The translations under genes and the position numbers were made by a program. The notes under the pieces were generated by a model, which searched no databases, was not told the origin of the DNA, and saw only the letters and a list, made by a program, of their open reading frames with translations. A stretch of 20,105 nucleotides of DNA from a virus, in UHGV virus genome UHGV-0364294, one strand, 5' to 3'. Positions 1 through 9,141 of the stretch are shown here, piece after piece. Each line of letters starts with the position of its first letter. Within the stretch, counting starts at the first letter, position 1.

Positions 1-560
1 CAGCAAACCCTCAGGTGTTTCAAATAGCTGTTCTTTTTACGGAAATACTTATGAACTGGCTGGAATAAAGTGCAAGAAAATGTGACTACTATCTCATTTT
101 TATCTGACATGATCTGTTGCCACTCGCTGCCAAATTGTCGCGCTAAAGCTGATTAGCACGGTGATATTTGATACTCTGGCAGACAGCAGAAATAACGGAT
201 TTAACCTAATGATGAATGACGGTAAGCAACAATCTACCTTTTTGTTTCACGATTACGCGCAACACCCCTGAGAACCGCCATGAACAAGGGTTTCATGATT
301 TGTGATTTTAGTTTGGTACGCAATTTGGTACACAACACAATTTTCACTTCAGCGGGTAGTCATCAAACTCACCATAACGCACTTCGTTGATGATGTACGT
401 GATCACCAAAAATATCGCATCCGGACTAGTTCCATCTTCATGCGCAGGCATATGTTCATGCCTACCTGTCTGCAAACCAGTAATAAGCCATTACAGGGTG
501 ATAGTGATGCATCAACTACGTTAAGCGCAGAGAAATGATGCAGTGGTGGGCGGATTGGCT

Positions 561-587
561 TGATGAAAAGGTGGAGTGCTCCACCTT
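561..587 (-). terminator. Putative intrinsic terminator of the tailspike/membrane-protein transcript
   Basis: Inverted repeat AAGGTGGAG / CTCCACCTT (568-576 / 579-587); on the minus strand the stem is followed by TTTTCATC. Lies about 90 nt downstream of the stop of the 674-961 gene. Confidence 0.45.
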
Positions 588-673
588 AACCACTATCGAA
601 GATCACAAAGCCTTGCAATCCAGTGCAAAGCTTTGTGTGTCTCAGTTTTGTTTCATCGGTAATTATGTGTTCG

Positions 674-961
674 CTACGATGCAAGAATCCATACCAATAA
701 GCATCCGATAATTGGGAAAGAAAAATCCATAAGGCTTCCTACATCCCACACGCGTGGATCAAAACCACCCCACCACGGCATATTCATACGCTTGCCATGC
801 CCGAACATTTCAATCCAGCGATATTCTGCCTGGGTGTGTTCACGCGCAATGAAGAACGTACAACCGGCTATCGCACCGTAAGCCCAGTTTCCGGTAAAAA
901 GACCAATCAGTACCTGCGCAGCCACAGCACAAAACGCATGAAGGAAAGGTGTTATATCCAT
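674..961 (-). CDS. Small integral membrane protein (95 aa, about 3 predicted TM segments), unknown function; candidate lysogenic-conversion or exclusion moron
   Basis: ATG at 959-961 preceded on the minus strand by AAGGAG with 5-nt spacing, immediately after the tailspike stop. Hydrophobic stretches FLHAFCAVAAQVLIGLF, AYGAIAGCTFFIA and FSFPIIGCLLVWILAS. The longer ORF in the track (start 1030) overlaps the tailspike and has no RBS. Confidence 0.6.
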   Translation of the reverse strand: MDITPFLHAFCAVAAQVLIGLFTGNWAYGAIAGCTFFIAREHTQAEYRWIEMFGHGKRMNMPWWGGFDPRVWDVGSLMDFSFPIIGCLLVWILAS

Positions 962-995
962 TATCGCTCCTTTAACATAAGGATAAATAAACACA

Positions 996-3134
996 TCATA
1001 AAATAGATTTCGTCTTTGTAACAATAACATCTACAAAATCGCCTGCAGATATAGCTGATGGTACTGTATCTGCAAGAGTAATCTTTCCTGAAGAGATGCT
1101 TTGCACATCTAATAATTTATTTTCAATCCCATCCGTATATACCAATTTGATATCACTGAGTGGAGGGTAATAAGTGATTGTTCCTTGGTATACATATATT
1201 TCACTACCTGAAATCGATTTCACTACATACCTGCCCCTTACAAGATTAATTTTGAGTTCAGATAAATCGGTTTTATAACAGGTAATTCCTGAACCAATGT
1301 TAGCCATACTAATATCAGTATCACTATAATAAGTAAGTGCTTTCCCTTGTTTTAAAGTAAAAGTATTTTTACTTTTCCTTGGTAAGGATGTGCTATTTTT
1401 GTAATATCTACCAGTAAAGCATAGCCATGAAAATGCAGTATTCACTACATTACCACCAGAATACACAGCTAAACGAATTGCACTAACTGGAACCCCTTCA
1501 TTATTAATCCTGATCTTAATGGAAGAAATATTAACAGCAGTGACATACCTATGGTTGGCAGAATCCCATTGCATAGAAGAAGTTATGGCTTCTGTTTGTG
1601 AGGTTATGACATTCCCATCTCTATCTAATGCATACAGGTAAATGCGAAACGATGCCGTATCTGCTGAGAATGTAAACATATCACCATTTCTTACTGGTAC
1701 ATCTCCAGATTCCCATAACAACCCAAAATTCCGCATAAAAGCAAACTTAGAAGAAACCAGGTGACGGATATTATATAAACCATCAACATCTGTTTGATAT
1801 GCTAATGCACCAACTTCTCCATTGTTAGCACTGGATATAAATGGGGTGTTAGCATTTAAAGAAAACAATGTTACTTCATCGGATATATTTTCCTGAATAT
1901 GAAATACTGCATTCCCCTTGCCATTATCAGTTACCTCGACATAAGTGTAAGGCGATGGATTGTATGGCTCATTTGTATACGCAGGAGATGAAAGCCATGT
2001 AGCTTCAATTGAGTTATTCCACGTATATTCACCAAAGTTAATTATCAACTGTTGGTTAGTTGGGGATGATGGATATCGTTCAAAACGAAACCCGTAGAAG
2101 TAATTGTTATCACCTCTTTGAATATCAATTTTACCTGCCCCCTCCATAGTTCCACCATAAAACTTATTGTGGTTATGATGATATGGATTATCAGCGAAAA
2201 TGATATTATTCGTACGATTCAGATAAAAATAGTTTTCATTTATCCATCCTTTCTCAACTCCAAGAAAATGAATTGTATCGACCTTTTTCAGGTTAAAGGT
2301 TGAGTATGCTATTGAATAATCCGTCGATGCCACCGAAGCATTATAATTTGCATATAACTGTAAGTAGTCGCAACGCTCAATGTTTATATGCTGCCCTTTT
2401 GCCCCGATAATACGAATATCCGGTGTCGTTTCAGATGAAATACCAGAATTTCTGATAATCGTTCCGAAGTTTTGTCTTGGGTTGTTAGGGTTTGATGCAT
2501 TCCCGCCAAGCAATACCCCTATTCCTGAGTGGGATATGGTAAAAACAGCATTGGTCATTTCGAGGCTGACATTACGAAGATTTAATGTCTCCGTAATAAT
2601 AAAATTACCTTCCGCTCGTAATGTTCTGGATGATTCTCGTGCATATTCTGCAGCCAAGATCAATGCAGATGTATCATCTGTTATACCATCGCCTTTTGCC
2701 CCCCACCCTCTTACATCACAATCGTCCCTCCACCGAGATATCTGCAATTCAGGATATTTTTTAGCTCCATCCGGGTCTTCTAATTGCTGCCGTAGTTGAT
2801 CAGGGTCATACTTCAGCACATTCGGAAAATAGAACTGCTGTGTACCATACGCATCATAAACAGCCATAGAATGGCCTTGCACAGTTACGAACTTGGCAAT
2901 CTGTCCGTTATATACCGGATATCCAGCAGCGTTAATGATGATTGGTTGCGAAACAGGAACGTGAGAGCCGTCTTCGTTCTCTATATAAACCTGAATCTGG
3001 TTTTCAGGATTTACCGGGTCAGTGTCAATTTTACCGATATAAATTTTGCCATTAGCTACGGCTTTAAAAGAACGCGCCATAGTGAAGAGTTGCGAAGGCA
3101 TGCTCACTACAACATTGGCTGTAATGTCTGTCAT
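996..3134 (-). CDS. Tailspike protein: P22 gp9-type N-terminal head-binding domain fused to a pectate-lyase-like beta-helix receptor-binding/depolymerase domain
   Basis: The N-terminus [11 protein letters not shown]...[36 protein letters not shown]...[12 protein letters not shown]...NVLKYDPDQ matches the P22 tailspike N-terminal domain as I recall it. Downstream, the motif [16 protein letters not shown] is typical of pectate-lyase-superfamily depolymerase domains. Length 712 aa. Confidence 0.9.
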   Translation of the reverse strand: MTDITANVVVSMPSQLFTMARSFKAVANGKIYIGKIDTDPVNPENQIQVYIENEDGSHVPVSQPIIINAAGYPVYNGQIAKFVTVQGHSMAVYDAYGTQQFYFPNVLKYDPDQLRQQLEDPDGAKKYPELQISRWRDDCDVRGWGAKGDGITDDTSALILAAEYARESSRTLRAEGNFIITETLNLRNVSLEMTNAVFTISHSGIGVLLGGNASNPNNPRQNFGTIIRNSGISSETTPDIRIIGAKGQHINIERCDYLQLYANYNASVASTDYSIAYSTFNLKKVDTIHFLGVEKGWINENYFYLNRTNNIIFADNPYHHNHNKFYGGTMEGAGKIDIQRGDNNYFYGFRFERYPSSPTNQQLIINFGEYTWNNSIEATWLSSPAYTNEPYNPSPYTYVEVTDNGKGNAVFHIQENISDEVTLFSLNANTPFISSANNGEVGALAYQTDVDGLYNIRHLVSSKFAFMRNFGLLWESGDVPVRNGDMFTFSADTASFRIYLYALDRDGNVITSQTEAITSSMQWDSANHRYVTAVNISSIKIRINNEGVPVSAIRLAVYSGGNVVNTAFSWLCFTGRYYKNSTSLPRKSKNTFTLKQGKALTYYSDTDISMANIGSGITCYKTDLSELKINLVRGRYVVKSISGSEIYVYQGTITYYPPLSDIKLVYTDGIENKLLDVQSISSGKITLADTVPSAISAGDFVDVIVTKTKSIL

Positions 3135-3204
3135 TTAATTTGCTCCAGATACAAGGAATCGCCGCAGCATTGCCGCAGTGATGCATTATTAATCAAAAAA
3201 ATAC

Positions 3205-3217
3205 GACCACCGTGGTC
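3205..3217. promoter_or_regulatory. Mnt-operator-like palindrome (GACCAC-C-GTGGTC) in the mnt/tailspike intergenic region
   Basis: Perfect 6-bp arms around a central C; the core CCACnGTGG resembles the P22 mnt operator core (TCCAC-G-GTGGA as I recall it). Sits 65 nt upstream of the mnt ATG and 71 nt upstream of the tailspike ATG, which is on the other strand. Confidence 0.45.
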
Positions 3218-3281
3218 TTATTGAGGATGCAATCAGCAGATAATAAGATGCCGATCCACTCACAAAAGCGAGGCATCAAGA

Positions 3282-3533
3282 ATGGGAAGAGATGACCCGC
3301 AATTTAATCTGCGGCTACCTTACGAATTAAAGGAAAAACTAAAACAGCGAGCCAAATCCAATGGCCGCTCTCTTAATTCAGAATTAGTTCAGATAGTGAC
3401 TGATGCTGTATCAAAGCCATCCAAAATTTCAGGCTATCGAGACGATGCGGAACGCATCGCTGATGAGCAGTCAGAGCTTGTTAAGAAGATGGTGTTTGAT
3501 ACGCTGAAGGATTTGTACAAAAAACCCACCTGA
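3282..3533 (+). CDS. mnt: Mnt repressor (ribbon-helix-helix, Arc/MetJ superfamily)
   Basis: The 83-aa product MGRDDPQFNLRLPYELKEKLKQRAKSNGRSLNSELVQIVTDAVSKPS...YRDDAERIADEQSELVKKMVFDTLKDLYKKPT is close to P22 Mnt as I recall it (MARDDPHFNFRMP...NGRSMNSELLQIVQDALSKPS...DLYKKTT). GAGG lies 8 nt upstream of the ATG. Confidence 0.9.
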   Translation: MGRDDPQFNLRLPYELKEKLKQRAKSNGRSLNSELVQIVTDAVSKPSKISGYRDDAERIADEQSELVKKMVFDTLKDLYKKPT

Positions 3534-3549
3534 AGGTGGGTTAATTTTT
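3524..3549 (+). terminator. Intrinsic terminator after mnt
   Basis: Stem ACCCACC (3524-3530), loop TGAA (contains the mnt stop), stem GGTGGGT (3535-3541), followed by TTAATTTTT. Confidence 0.6.
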
Positions 3550-3567
3550 GCATTTACCTGGGCCATA

Positions 3568-3596
3568 TTGACTACTTATAAAATGAGATCAATATT
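3568..3596 (+). promoter_or_regulatory. Putative sigma70-type promoter for the small 3633-3812 gene
   Basis: TTGACT (3568-3573), 17-nt spacer, AATATT (3591-3596); ATG about 37 nt downstream. Judged by eye only. Confidence 0.3.
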
Positions 3597-3632
3597 TAAT
3601 CGCCCAATAACGGGTGTATGTTGAGGTATATC

Positions 3633-3812
3633 ATGGCGAAAAAACCAGGTGAAAACACAGGAAAAAACGGCGGAATATACCAAGAAGTTGGCCCACGCGG
3701 CGGTAAGAAAGACAATTTTGCAACCGTCAAGGACAACGAAAGGCTTCCACCAACAACAAAGCCAGGTCATGGCTGGGTATTGGATAAGCGAACTCCAGAC
3801 AGCAAAAAGTAA
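3633..3812 (+). CDS. Small hypothetical protein (59 aa), YjzC-like glycine/lysine-rich protein
   Basis: ATG at 3633 with GAGGT 5 nt upstream (the track ORF starts at 3618 without an RBS). Sequence MAKKPGENTGKNGGIYQEVGPRGGKKDNFATVKDNERLPPTTKPGHGW resembles the YjzC-like small-protein pattern from memory. Flanked by terminator-like hairpins on both sides. Confidence 0.5.
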   Translation: MAKKPGENTGKNGGIYQEVGPRGGKKDNFATVKDNERLPPTTKPGHGWVLDKRTPDSKK

Positions 3813-3818
3813 TAATCA

Positions 3819-3840
3819 AGCCGGGTCACTCCGGCTTTTT
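3819..3840 (+). terminator. Intrinsic terminator (possibly bidirectional) between the convergent 3633-3812 and 3826-4191 genes
   Basis: Stem AGCCGG (3819-3824), loop GTCACT, stem CCGGCT (3831-3836), followed by TTTTT. It overlaps the 3' end of the minus-strand gene. Confidence 0.6.
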
Positions 3841-4191
3841 GATATGTCGCTCGCAGAACTCAACAAGCCTGCTCATTAAGTAGCAGTAAGTCTCGTTGGC
3901 TCTTCCTGGTTCAACATCAACACCTACCCTTGAGCAGATATCGAATGCCATGTGAGCGCACTCATGGGCAATAGTAGATAGTTTGCCATTGAACACGCCT
4001 ATCACATGAAAAACACCATTCTCGCTACTCATTGTATGAGACGCTCCGTTGGCGTCCGAGTCATGCACGTCAACGCCAAGTTTTTGATGCAGGCGTTGCC
4101 ATTCTGGAAAGTCTCTACAAAACACAATTGTACCGCTCTCAAAGAGCGGAACGAGCATCTTTGGTACGTTTCCAATGTTAACTTTTTTCAT
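3826..4191 (-). CDS. Small HExxH protein (121 aa), putative zinc metallopeptidase-like (ImmA/IrrE- or SprT-like motif); function unknown
   Basis: Motif TIAHECAHMAF (hydrophobic-AHExxH). A weak RBS (AGGA) precedes the ATG at 4191; an alternative start is the Met at 4158. It occupies the sieA position between the gp16-like gene and mnt. Confidence 0.5.
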   Translation of the reverse strand: MKKVNIGNVPKMLVPLFESGTIVFCRDFPEWQRLHQKLGVDVHDSDANGASHTMSSENGVFHVIGVFNGKLSTIAHECAHMAFDICSRVGVDVEPGRANETYCYLMSRLVEFCERHIKKPE

Positions 4192-4225
4192 GGTATCCTG
4201 CGCAAAACTAAGGAGAGTTAATTAT

Positions 4226-4711
4226 ATGAAAAAATCACTGTTAATTATCCCGCTTCTGCTGGCTGGGTGCGCAAAAGTAAGCGACTATCAGGCAAGTTGC
4301 GAGCAACGCTATCCAAAGCTTAGCGATATGGCTAATTGCCTTGATGCCAGCTTGAAGAACGACTCTCGCATGGCATCAGCACCAACACCTAAGCTGTATG
4401 TCCTTGCTGCGAAGATGCTCGGGCAAGGTGTCGATGAAGGCAAGATAAGTGACACACAGGCAAGACTTGAACTTCAGAATCTTTATGTTCAATTACAAAG
4501 CCAAGAACAAGCACAACAAATAGCACAAAGCCAAGCATTCCAGCAGGCTTTATTGAATTATCAGGCTGTAAACACAATGCAAGCGATCGAGCAAAAAGCG
4601 CGCCAGCCTGTTATAACTCAACCTTACCCAACACGCGTTGACACATATACAAACTGCAATTCAGGATTTGGAAACACGGTAACATGCAACAGTAGCAGTA
4701 ATATCAGATAG
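4226..4711 (+). CDS. Phage-encoded secreted lipoprotein (161 aa) with a Q-rich predicted coiled-coil segment; candidate superinfection-exclusion or lysogenic-conversion protein
   Basis: ATG at 4226 preceded by AAGGAGAG (4210-4217). The N-terminus MKKSLLIIPLLLAGC has a signal peptide and lipobox (LAGC). The track ORF start at 4175 lacks an RBS. Confidence 0.65.
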   Translation: MKKSLLIIPLLLAGCAKVSDYQASCEQRYPKLSDMANCLDASLKNDSRMASAPTPKLYVLAAKMLGQGVDEGKISDTQARLELQNLYVQLQSQEQAQQIAQSQAFQQALLNYQAVNTMQAIEQKARQPVITQPYPTRVDTYTNCNSGFGNTVTCNSSSNIR

Positions 4712-4724
4712 TTATATCTTATTT

Positions 4725-6572
4725 TTATTGCTGTTCTGCTGTAATTTGGCTTGAAAGTATAGGGCGTATCGCATTTGCAGCATTATTTAGCGCTCTTTCA
4801 TAGGCTGGTGTTCCTGCTTTGGTGTTTGCCAAACGTAAGAGAGCATTCCTTGCTGCTTTTGACTCATACAAGCGCATCATTGCACCGAAACCAGCCTCAA
4901 GCCCCATTGATACGCCAAGAGTCGCAGTTGCGCCAATCGTCCTTATCCTGTTGGCTTGCGATTGCCCCGTCTGAGTTACTACATTTGCGGTGTCTGACCT
5001 TGCTGTTTGCTGTAGAACTTCATGAAGAGAATCAAGCTCTTTCATGTGCTTTCCAGAAAAAATAGTGTTGTAAATTTCACCGCCTGACTGAGATTTCAGC
5101 TTATTAACTTCAGTGATGAACTTGGCTGGAGAGTCACCGGCCTTTTCCGCTATTTTGCTGACATAAGCTGCACGCATAGCATCTTTCCCTTTATTATCCA
5201 ATGCGCTCCAGATTCGTTTCACGTCAGATGGTTTTCTGCTTAATACAACGGTATTTATAAGTTCAGGACTGGCTTCACTGCTTGCCTTGTTGAGCTTGTT
5301 AGCAATGTTTTTATTAAGCACCTTATTATAAACGTTTGCATAATCGGAATTTGCTTTAAGGTATTTTGCTGCGTCTGATGCACCGAGGTTTTTTGCAACT
5401 GCGTTACGAAGATCTTTTGACATTGCATTCTCTACCATATTGGTAGCTGCTTTTGCCTGGTTTGGGAAGACCATAGCATCTCCCTGAACATTAGATCTAA
5501 ATGCTGTTCTGTGCTGACGCAAGAGATCAAACGTAACATCCAAATCAGTTGCAGGGTTTGCTAATTCTTCACGTAGGTTACGCAAGGATGTAAGCAGGCT
5601 TTGATTGGCAGACGTCCCAAGCCGTTCCTGTCTTGCGATCGCTGTATTCAGAGCATTCATGGTATTTGTGGTATCAACTGCGGCATTACCCATTTTATTG
5701 GTGACGTCATTGATAACAGCGCCAGCGGCATCCTTCCGCCCCCTTAACGTGGTGGTAAGAGATTTCACCACATCATCAGGGTTGTACTCACCAAAACGGT
5801 CAAAATAATTACTTACCAGCTTACTACGCGTTGCATATTGCTCCGCTCGCTTTGAGCCTGTCCCGAGCAAAGCCCCCTCGGCATCCTGAGTTAGGCCGCG
5901 AGTGAAAGCATTTTTCGGCGGGATAACATCAGATGTCATTGGTGTCACGCCCATCGATTCTGATGTGGCAATTTTCTTCGCCACTTCTGGCGCAATATCA
6001 CCTTTTATAGCCGTTATTCCACGCCCTATTCCCTTTGCTGCTGCGGAAAGAACCCCCTGAGCGGCAAGGTTAACTCCGGCATTTTTAGCTGCATTTTGTG
6101 CGAAATCGCCTTTCTGATTTGCGGCCTCTGCCAGTGATCCAATAGCCATGCTTCCTGCCGTTCCAACTCCTGGAACTAAATACCCGCCAATTGTTTCTCC
6201 AGCTTGCGCATAAGGGTCTGTTGGTCGATCGACTGGACGATAGACATCGTCCAAAACCTTGGGGCCACCAAGCCCCTGGCTGATTGCATTAATCAGACTT
6301 GCGCCGCCCTGCAATACGTCAAATGGTATGTTTACCAGACCACGACCAGCCTGTTCCGCAATTTGCCCTGCACTTTGACCACCAGTGAGCCAATCGCCAG
6401 CTTGTTGCATCAATGATGGTTCTTCCCGTGTTGGTGCATTATTGGCCTGATTAACTGTTTGTTGCTGAACAGCCTGACCAGCAAAATACTCATCAATGGC
6501 GGTGCCAATATCTTCGGTGCTCGTACCATCAGGAAAGGTAAATGTCTTACCGTTTGCAGTTACTTTCATCAT
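4725..6572 (-). CDS. Ejection (internal/E) protein, P22 gp16-like
   Basis: 615 aa (P22 gp16 is about 609 aa); last gene of the ejection-protein block; Ala/Gly/Gln-rich; 4-nt ATGA overlap with the upstream gene. Confidence 0.75.
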   Translation of the reverse strand: MMKVTANGKTFTFPDGTSTEDIGTAIDEYFAGQAVQQQTVNQANNAPTREEPSLMQQAGDWLTGGQSAGQIAEQAGRGLVNIPFDVLQGGASLINAISQGLGGPKVLDDVYRPVDRPTDPYAQAGETIGGYLVPGVGTAGSMAIGSLAEAANQKGDFAQNAAKNAGVNLAAQGVLSAAAKGIGRGITAIKGDIAPEVAKKIATSESMGVTPMTSDVIPPKNAFTRGLTQDAEGALLGTGSKRAEQYATRSKLVSNYFDRFGEYNPDDVVKSLTTTLRGRKDAAGAVINDVTNKMGNAAVDTTNTMNALNTAIARQERLGTSANQSLLTSLRNLREELANPATDLDVTFDLLRQHRTAFRSNVQGDAMVFPNQAKAATNMVENAMSKDLRNAVAKNLGASDAAKYLKANSDYANVYNKVLNKNIANKLNKASSEASPELINTVVLSRKPSDVKRIWSALDNKGKDAMRAAYVSKIAEKAGDSPAKFITEVNKLKSQSGGEIYNTIFSGKHMKELDSLHEVLQQTARSDTANVVTQTGQSQANRIRTIGATATLGVSMGLEAGFGAMMRLYESKAARNALLRLANTKAGTPAYERALNNAANAIRPILSSQITAEQQ

Positions 6573-7975
6573 TCCACCGTAAATTGAATGCCTGATTTTG
6601 AGGTATATGATCCAACCTGATTCCGTGGTTCTCCTGAAGGTGTCGAATCTTGTGCTGGCGCTGCGTCAGTATTCATTGACATATACCGCTTAACGGCACT
6701 CCCCAATGATTCACCTTTTTTAACATCCAACCCCAATATCTGACCGCCATTACGCGATTGTCCAGGGTTGCCATTCGCGCTCATCCACTCAGCTTTAAAC
6801 TCATTAAACTGCGCGTTTCGTCGCTCAAGGTTTGCCATTGCATCAAGCCATCTTGCGACCGTCTCAGGGTTATCCATGTCAGTTGGCGCACCCTGTCGAA
6901 CGATCTCAACGTCTTTATCCGTTGCTGGGCCGGGAGGTAGGAATTTAAGAACCTGACTGTTAACAAGGGCATTTTGGCGAATGCGCAAATCACGCAATGT
7001 CGTATCGCTTCCGGTAAGTTTTGCGAACATGTTCTGTGCGTTACCGAACAAGCCGGTCGTTGGTTTTTCTGCTCTGAACTGTTGAGCAAGCGCACTCATG
7101 GAATTGGCTGAGTTTGATGATGCTGTGGCATTGTTTACAGCCGTCTCGATGCCTTTTTCCATGTTTACTGACAGCTTAGGTGCTTCGCTAATCAACTGCT
7201 GAGCCTTTTCCTGCGCTTGCTGCATCTTAAACCCGAACTCTTGCTGATCCAGAGCCAAGCGTTGTGCTGCGATATTGTGCCCAGTCATTGCTGACTGATA
7301 GGAAAGGTTTTGCCCTCTCGCCTGAAGTGCTTCACCAGCCTGATTGCTGCGGATTGTCTCTGCCAGCCCGCCTCGGTCAATCTCACGACCAGCCATCTTG
7401 TCCTGAACATTGAAGTAATCAATCGGACCAAGAGCAGCCATTCCAAGGTGATCAACAAACTCACCAAATCCTGAAGGATTCTGCTGATACATCTGAGCAA
7501 CGCTGTTAGGGTCAACACCGACGCGAGTCAGTTCCTTGGCGTTGTTTTGCAGCCATGATTGCATTGCTTCTGGAGACGATGACGCAAGGCGTGCGCCAGC
7601 CGCTAAGGTGCCGATAGAATTACGCTGCTCTTCATCAATGAATCCCATGCCTTTACGAACGGATTCAATCTGGTCTGGATATTGAGTAGCCAACTTACGC
7701 AAAGCACCGCGATCACCAGACGCATAAGCATTAGCGTACGCCTGCTGAAATTCTTTCTGCCGCTGAGCCTGCTTTTCCTGCTGAAACACCCCCGCAATAC
7801 CAGAAAGACCTTGCAAAGCTGTCAGCCCAACATTGTTAGCGCCTGAACGCTCAATATCATTGTTCTGCCTGATAAGCTGAAGCGTGTTGCCGATGTCATT
7901 TACGCTCGGAGCGTTTGAGTTGACACCACCGATACCAGCCAACAATCCGCCATTTGTTCCTTGCCAAGTAGCCAT
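6569..7975 (-). CDS. Ejection protein, P22 gp20-like
   Basis: 468 aa (P22 gp20 is about 471 aa); position between the gp7-like and gp16-like genes. Confidence 0.75.
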   Translation of the reverse strand: MATWQGTNGGLLAGIGGVNSNAPSVNDIGNTLQLIRQNNDIERSGANNVGLTALQGLSGIAGVFQQEKQAQRQKEFQQAYANAYASGDRGALRKLATQYPDQIESVRKGMGFIDEEQRNSIGTLAAGARLASSSPEAMQSWLQNNAKELTRVGVDPNSVAQMYQQNPSGFGEFVDHLGMAALGPIDYFNVQDKMAGREIDRGGLAETIRSNQAGEALQARGQNLSYQSAMTGHNIAAQRLALDQQEFGFKMQQAQEKAQQLISEAPKLSVNMEKGIETAVNNATASSNSANSMSALAQQFRAEKPTTGLFGNAQNMFAKLTGSDTTLRDLRIRQNALVNSQVLKFLPPGPATDKDVEIVRQGAPTDMDNPETVARWLDAMANLERRNAQFNEFKAEWMSANGNPGQSRNGGQILGLDVKKGESLGSAVKRYMSMNTDAAPAQDSTPSGEPRNQVGSYTSKSGIQFTVE

Positions 7976-7984
7976 GATTACCCC

Positions 7985-8680
7985 TTAAAACAACGATCCA
8001 AGCAGGCCAAGTCCGCCGCCAATTGCCGCACCTAATCCAGTGCCAAGTCCTGGAACAATAGAGCCAAGAGCAGCGCCAGTCATAGCCCCTGAAGCTCCTC
8101 CGCTAATTGCTGTCTGAAGGCCTGATGGTTTATTGGCATTAGCAGCGGCAAGAGCTGCGCTTTGCTGTGCAATGCTGCTCATGTTGTTGGCGTACGTCTG
8201 CCCGGCGTTTGCCTGACCTTGCAGAGCACCAAGCCCAACGTTTGCCAGATTGTTGTAATTGCTCATCTGATTTGATAACCAAGACTGACCGAGTGTCGGC
8301 GCGATCGTAGCCAGTTGATTGCTTGTGGCTGTCGAACCAAGTCCACCCGTCGCCTCCGCAGCAGCAAGACTCTGGTAACGAGCCTGCCCTGCAAGGTCTT
8401 TATACTGCTGAGAGTTGTAATACTGATTAAGTGCCTGCCCCTGACCTTCTAAACTGGAAAGGCTCTGAAGCTGGTTAACATACTGCTCCGCAAGAGGCGT
8501 GAACTGAGCAAGGTTTTTCATGATCGTCTGCCACTGCTGATTTTGCAGGTCTGCAGCATACTTCTGGGCTTCTGCTGCATACTTTGCGCTTTTATCAGAA
8601 CTGCCACCTTTCCCGCCTTTTTCAGGGCAATAAGGTTCCTCGCCGCGCAGTTTTCTGCCCAGCTTAAATGCATATAACAT
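7985..8680 (-). CDS. Ejection protein, P22 gp7-like
   Basis: 231 aa (P22 gp7 is about 229 aa); Gly/Ala-rich C-terminus; position. Confidence 0.7.
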   Translation of the reverse strand: MLYAFKLGRKLRGEEPYCPEKGGKGGSSDKSAKYAAEAQKYAADLQNQQWQTIMKNLAQFTPLAEQYVNQLQSLSSLEGQGQALNQYYNSQQYKDLAGQARYQSLAAAEATGGLGSTATSNQLATIAPTLGQSWLSNQMSNYNNLANVGLGALQGQANAGQTYANNMSSIAQQSAALAAANANKPSGLQTAISGGASGAMTGAALGSIVPGLGTGLGAAIGGGLGLLGSLF

Positions 8681-8682
8681 GG

Positions 8683-9141
8683 CTATCTCCCGTGATTCAG
8701 GAAGTCGATTAGTTCTTCGCGTGTGGCGCTGTAAAACGTCACGTCATCCACGCCTTTAAAGTATTTCTTGATGGTTCCTACACGATTAAGGCCAATCATT
8801 GCGCAGTACATCTGCCCGTGGCGGAATTTGCGTGCAGCGAACGATGTGACACACTGAACAGTGGTGTTAGTCAGAATGTATCGCCAGAACGCCAGCCCGA
8901 TTTCCTTGCTGAATCCACGAACCTCTGGCAGGTACATGGCGTGGCAATCAAAGGTCAAAGGCTGAATCTCCTGATAGTAAACAATGCCGCCGAACTGCCC
9001 GTGCACGTTCACCTCGAAGTAACGGCATTCAGGCTTGTAGTCGTATCCATCACCGTTGTTGCTCCCGGCAATAATGTCAGGGTGATTTCCGACTGCTTCG
9101 ATCAGGTCGATGTTTCGCGTTGGGTTGAACTGAATCATCAC
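8683..9141 (-). CDS. P22 gp14-like protein (positional homolog, virion assembly/ejection-associated)
   Basis: 152-aa ORF directly downstream of the tail needle gene (start overlaps the needle stop), upstream of the gp7-like gene, as in P22. Confidence 0.55.
   Translation of the reverse strand: MMIQFNPTRNIDLIEAVGNHPDIIAGSNNGDGYDYKPECRYFEVNVHGQFGGIVYYQEIQPLTFDCHAMYLPEVRGFSKEIGLAFWRYILTNTTVQCVTSFAARKFRHGQMYCAMIGLNRVGTIKKYFKGVDDVTFYSATREELIDFLNHGR

Noticed and set aside
302-538. 78-aa plus-strand ORF in the left flank
   Set aside because: Starts with GTG (302-304), has no RBS, and its composition is odd and low-complexity; not supported as a gene.
2380-3224. Plus-strand ORFs of 139 and 142 aa antisense to the tailspike
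   Set aside because: They lie entirely inside the well-supported tailspike gene on the opposite strand; antisense frames of this length arise by chance.
4712-4724. Possible bidirectional terminator between the convergent lipoprotein and gp16-like genes
   Set aside because: Only a weak AT-rich 5-bp stem (AGATA/TATCT) is present; not convincing as an intrinsic terminator.
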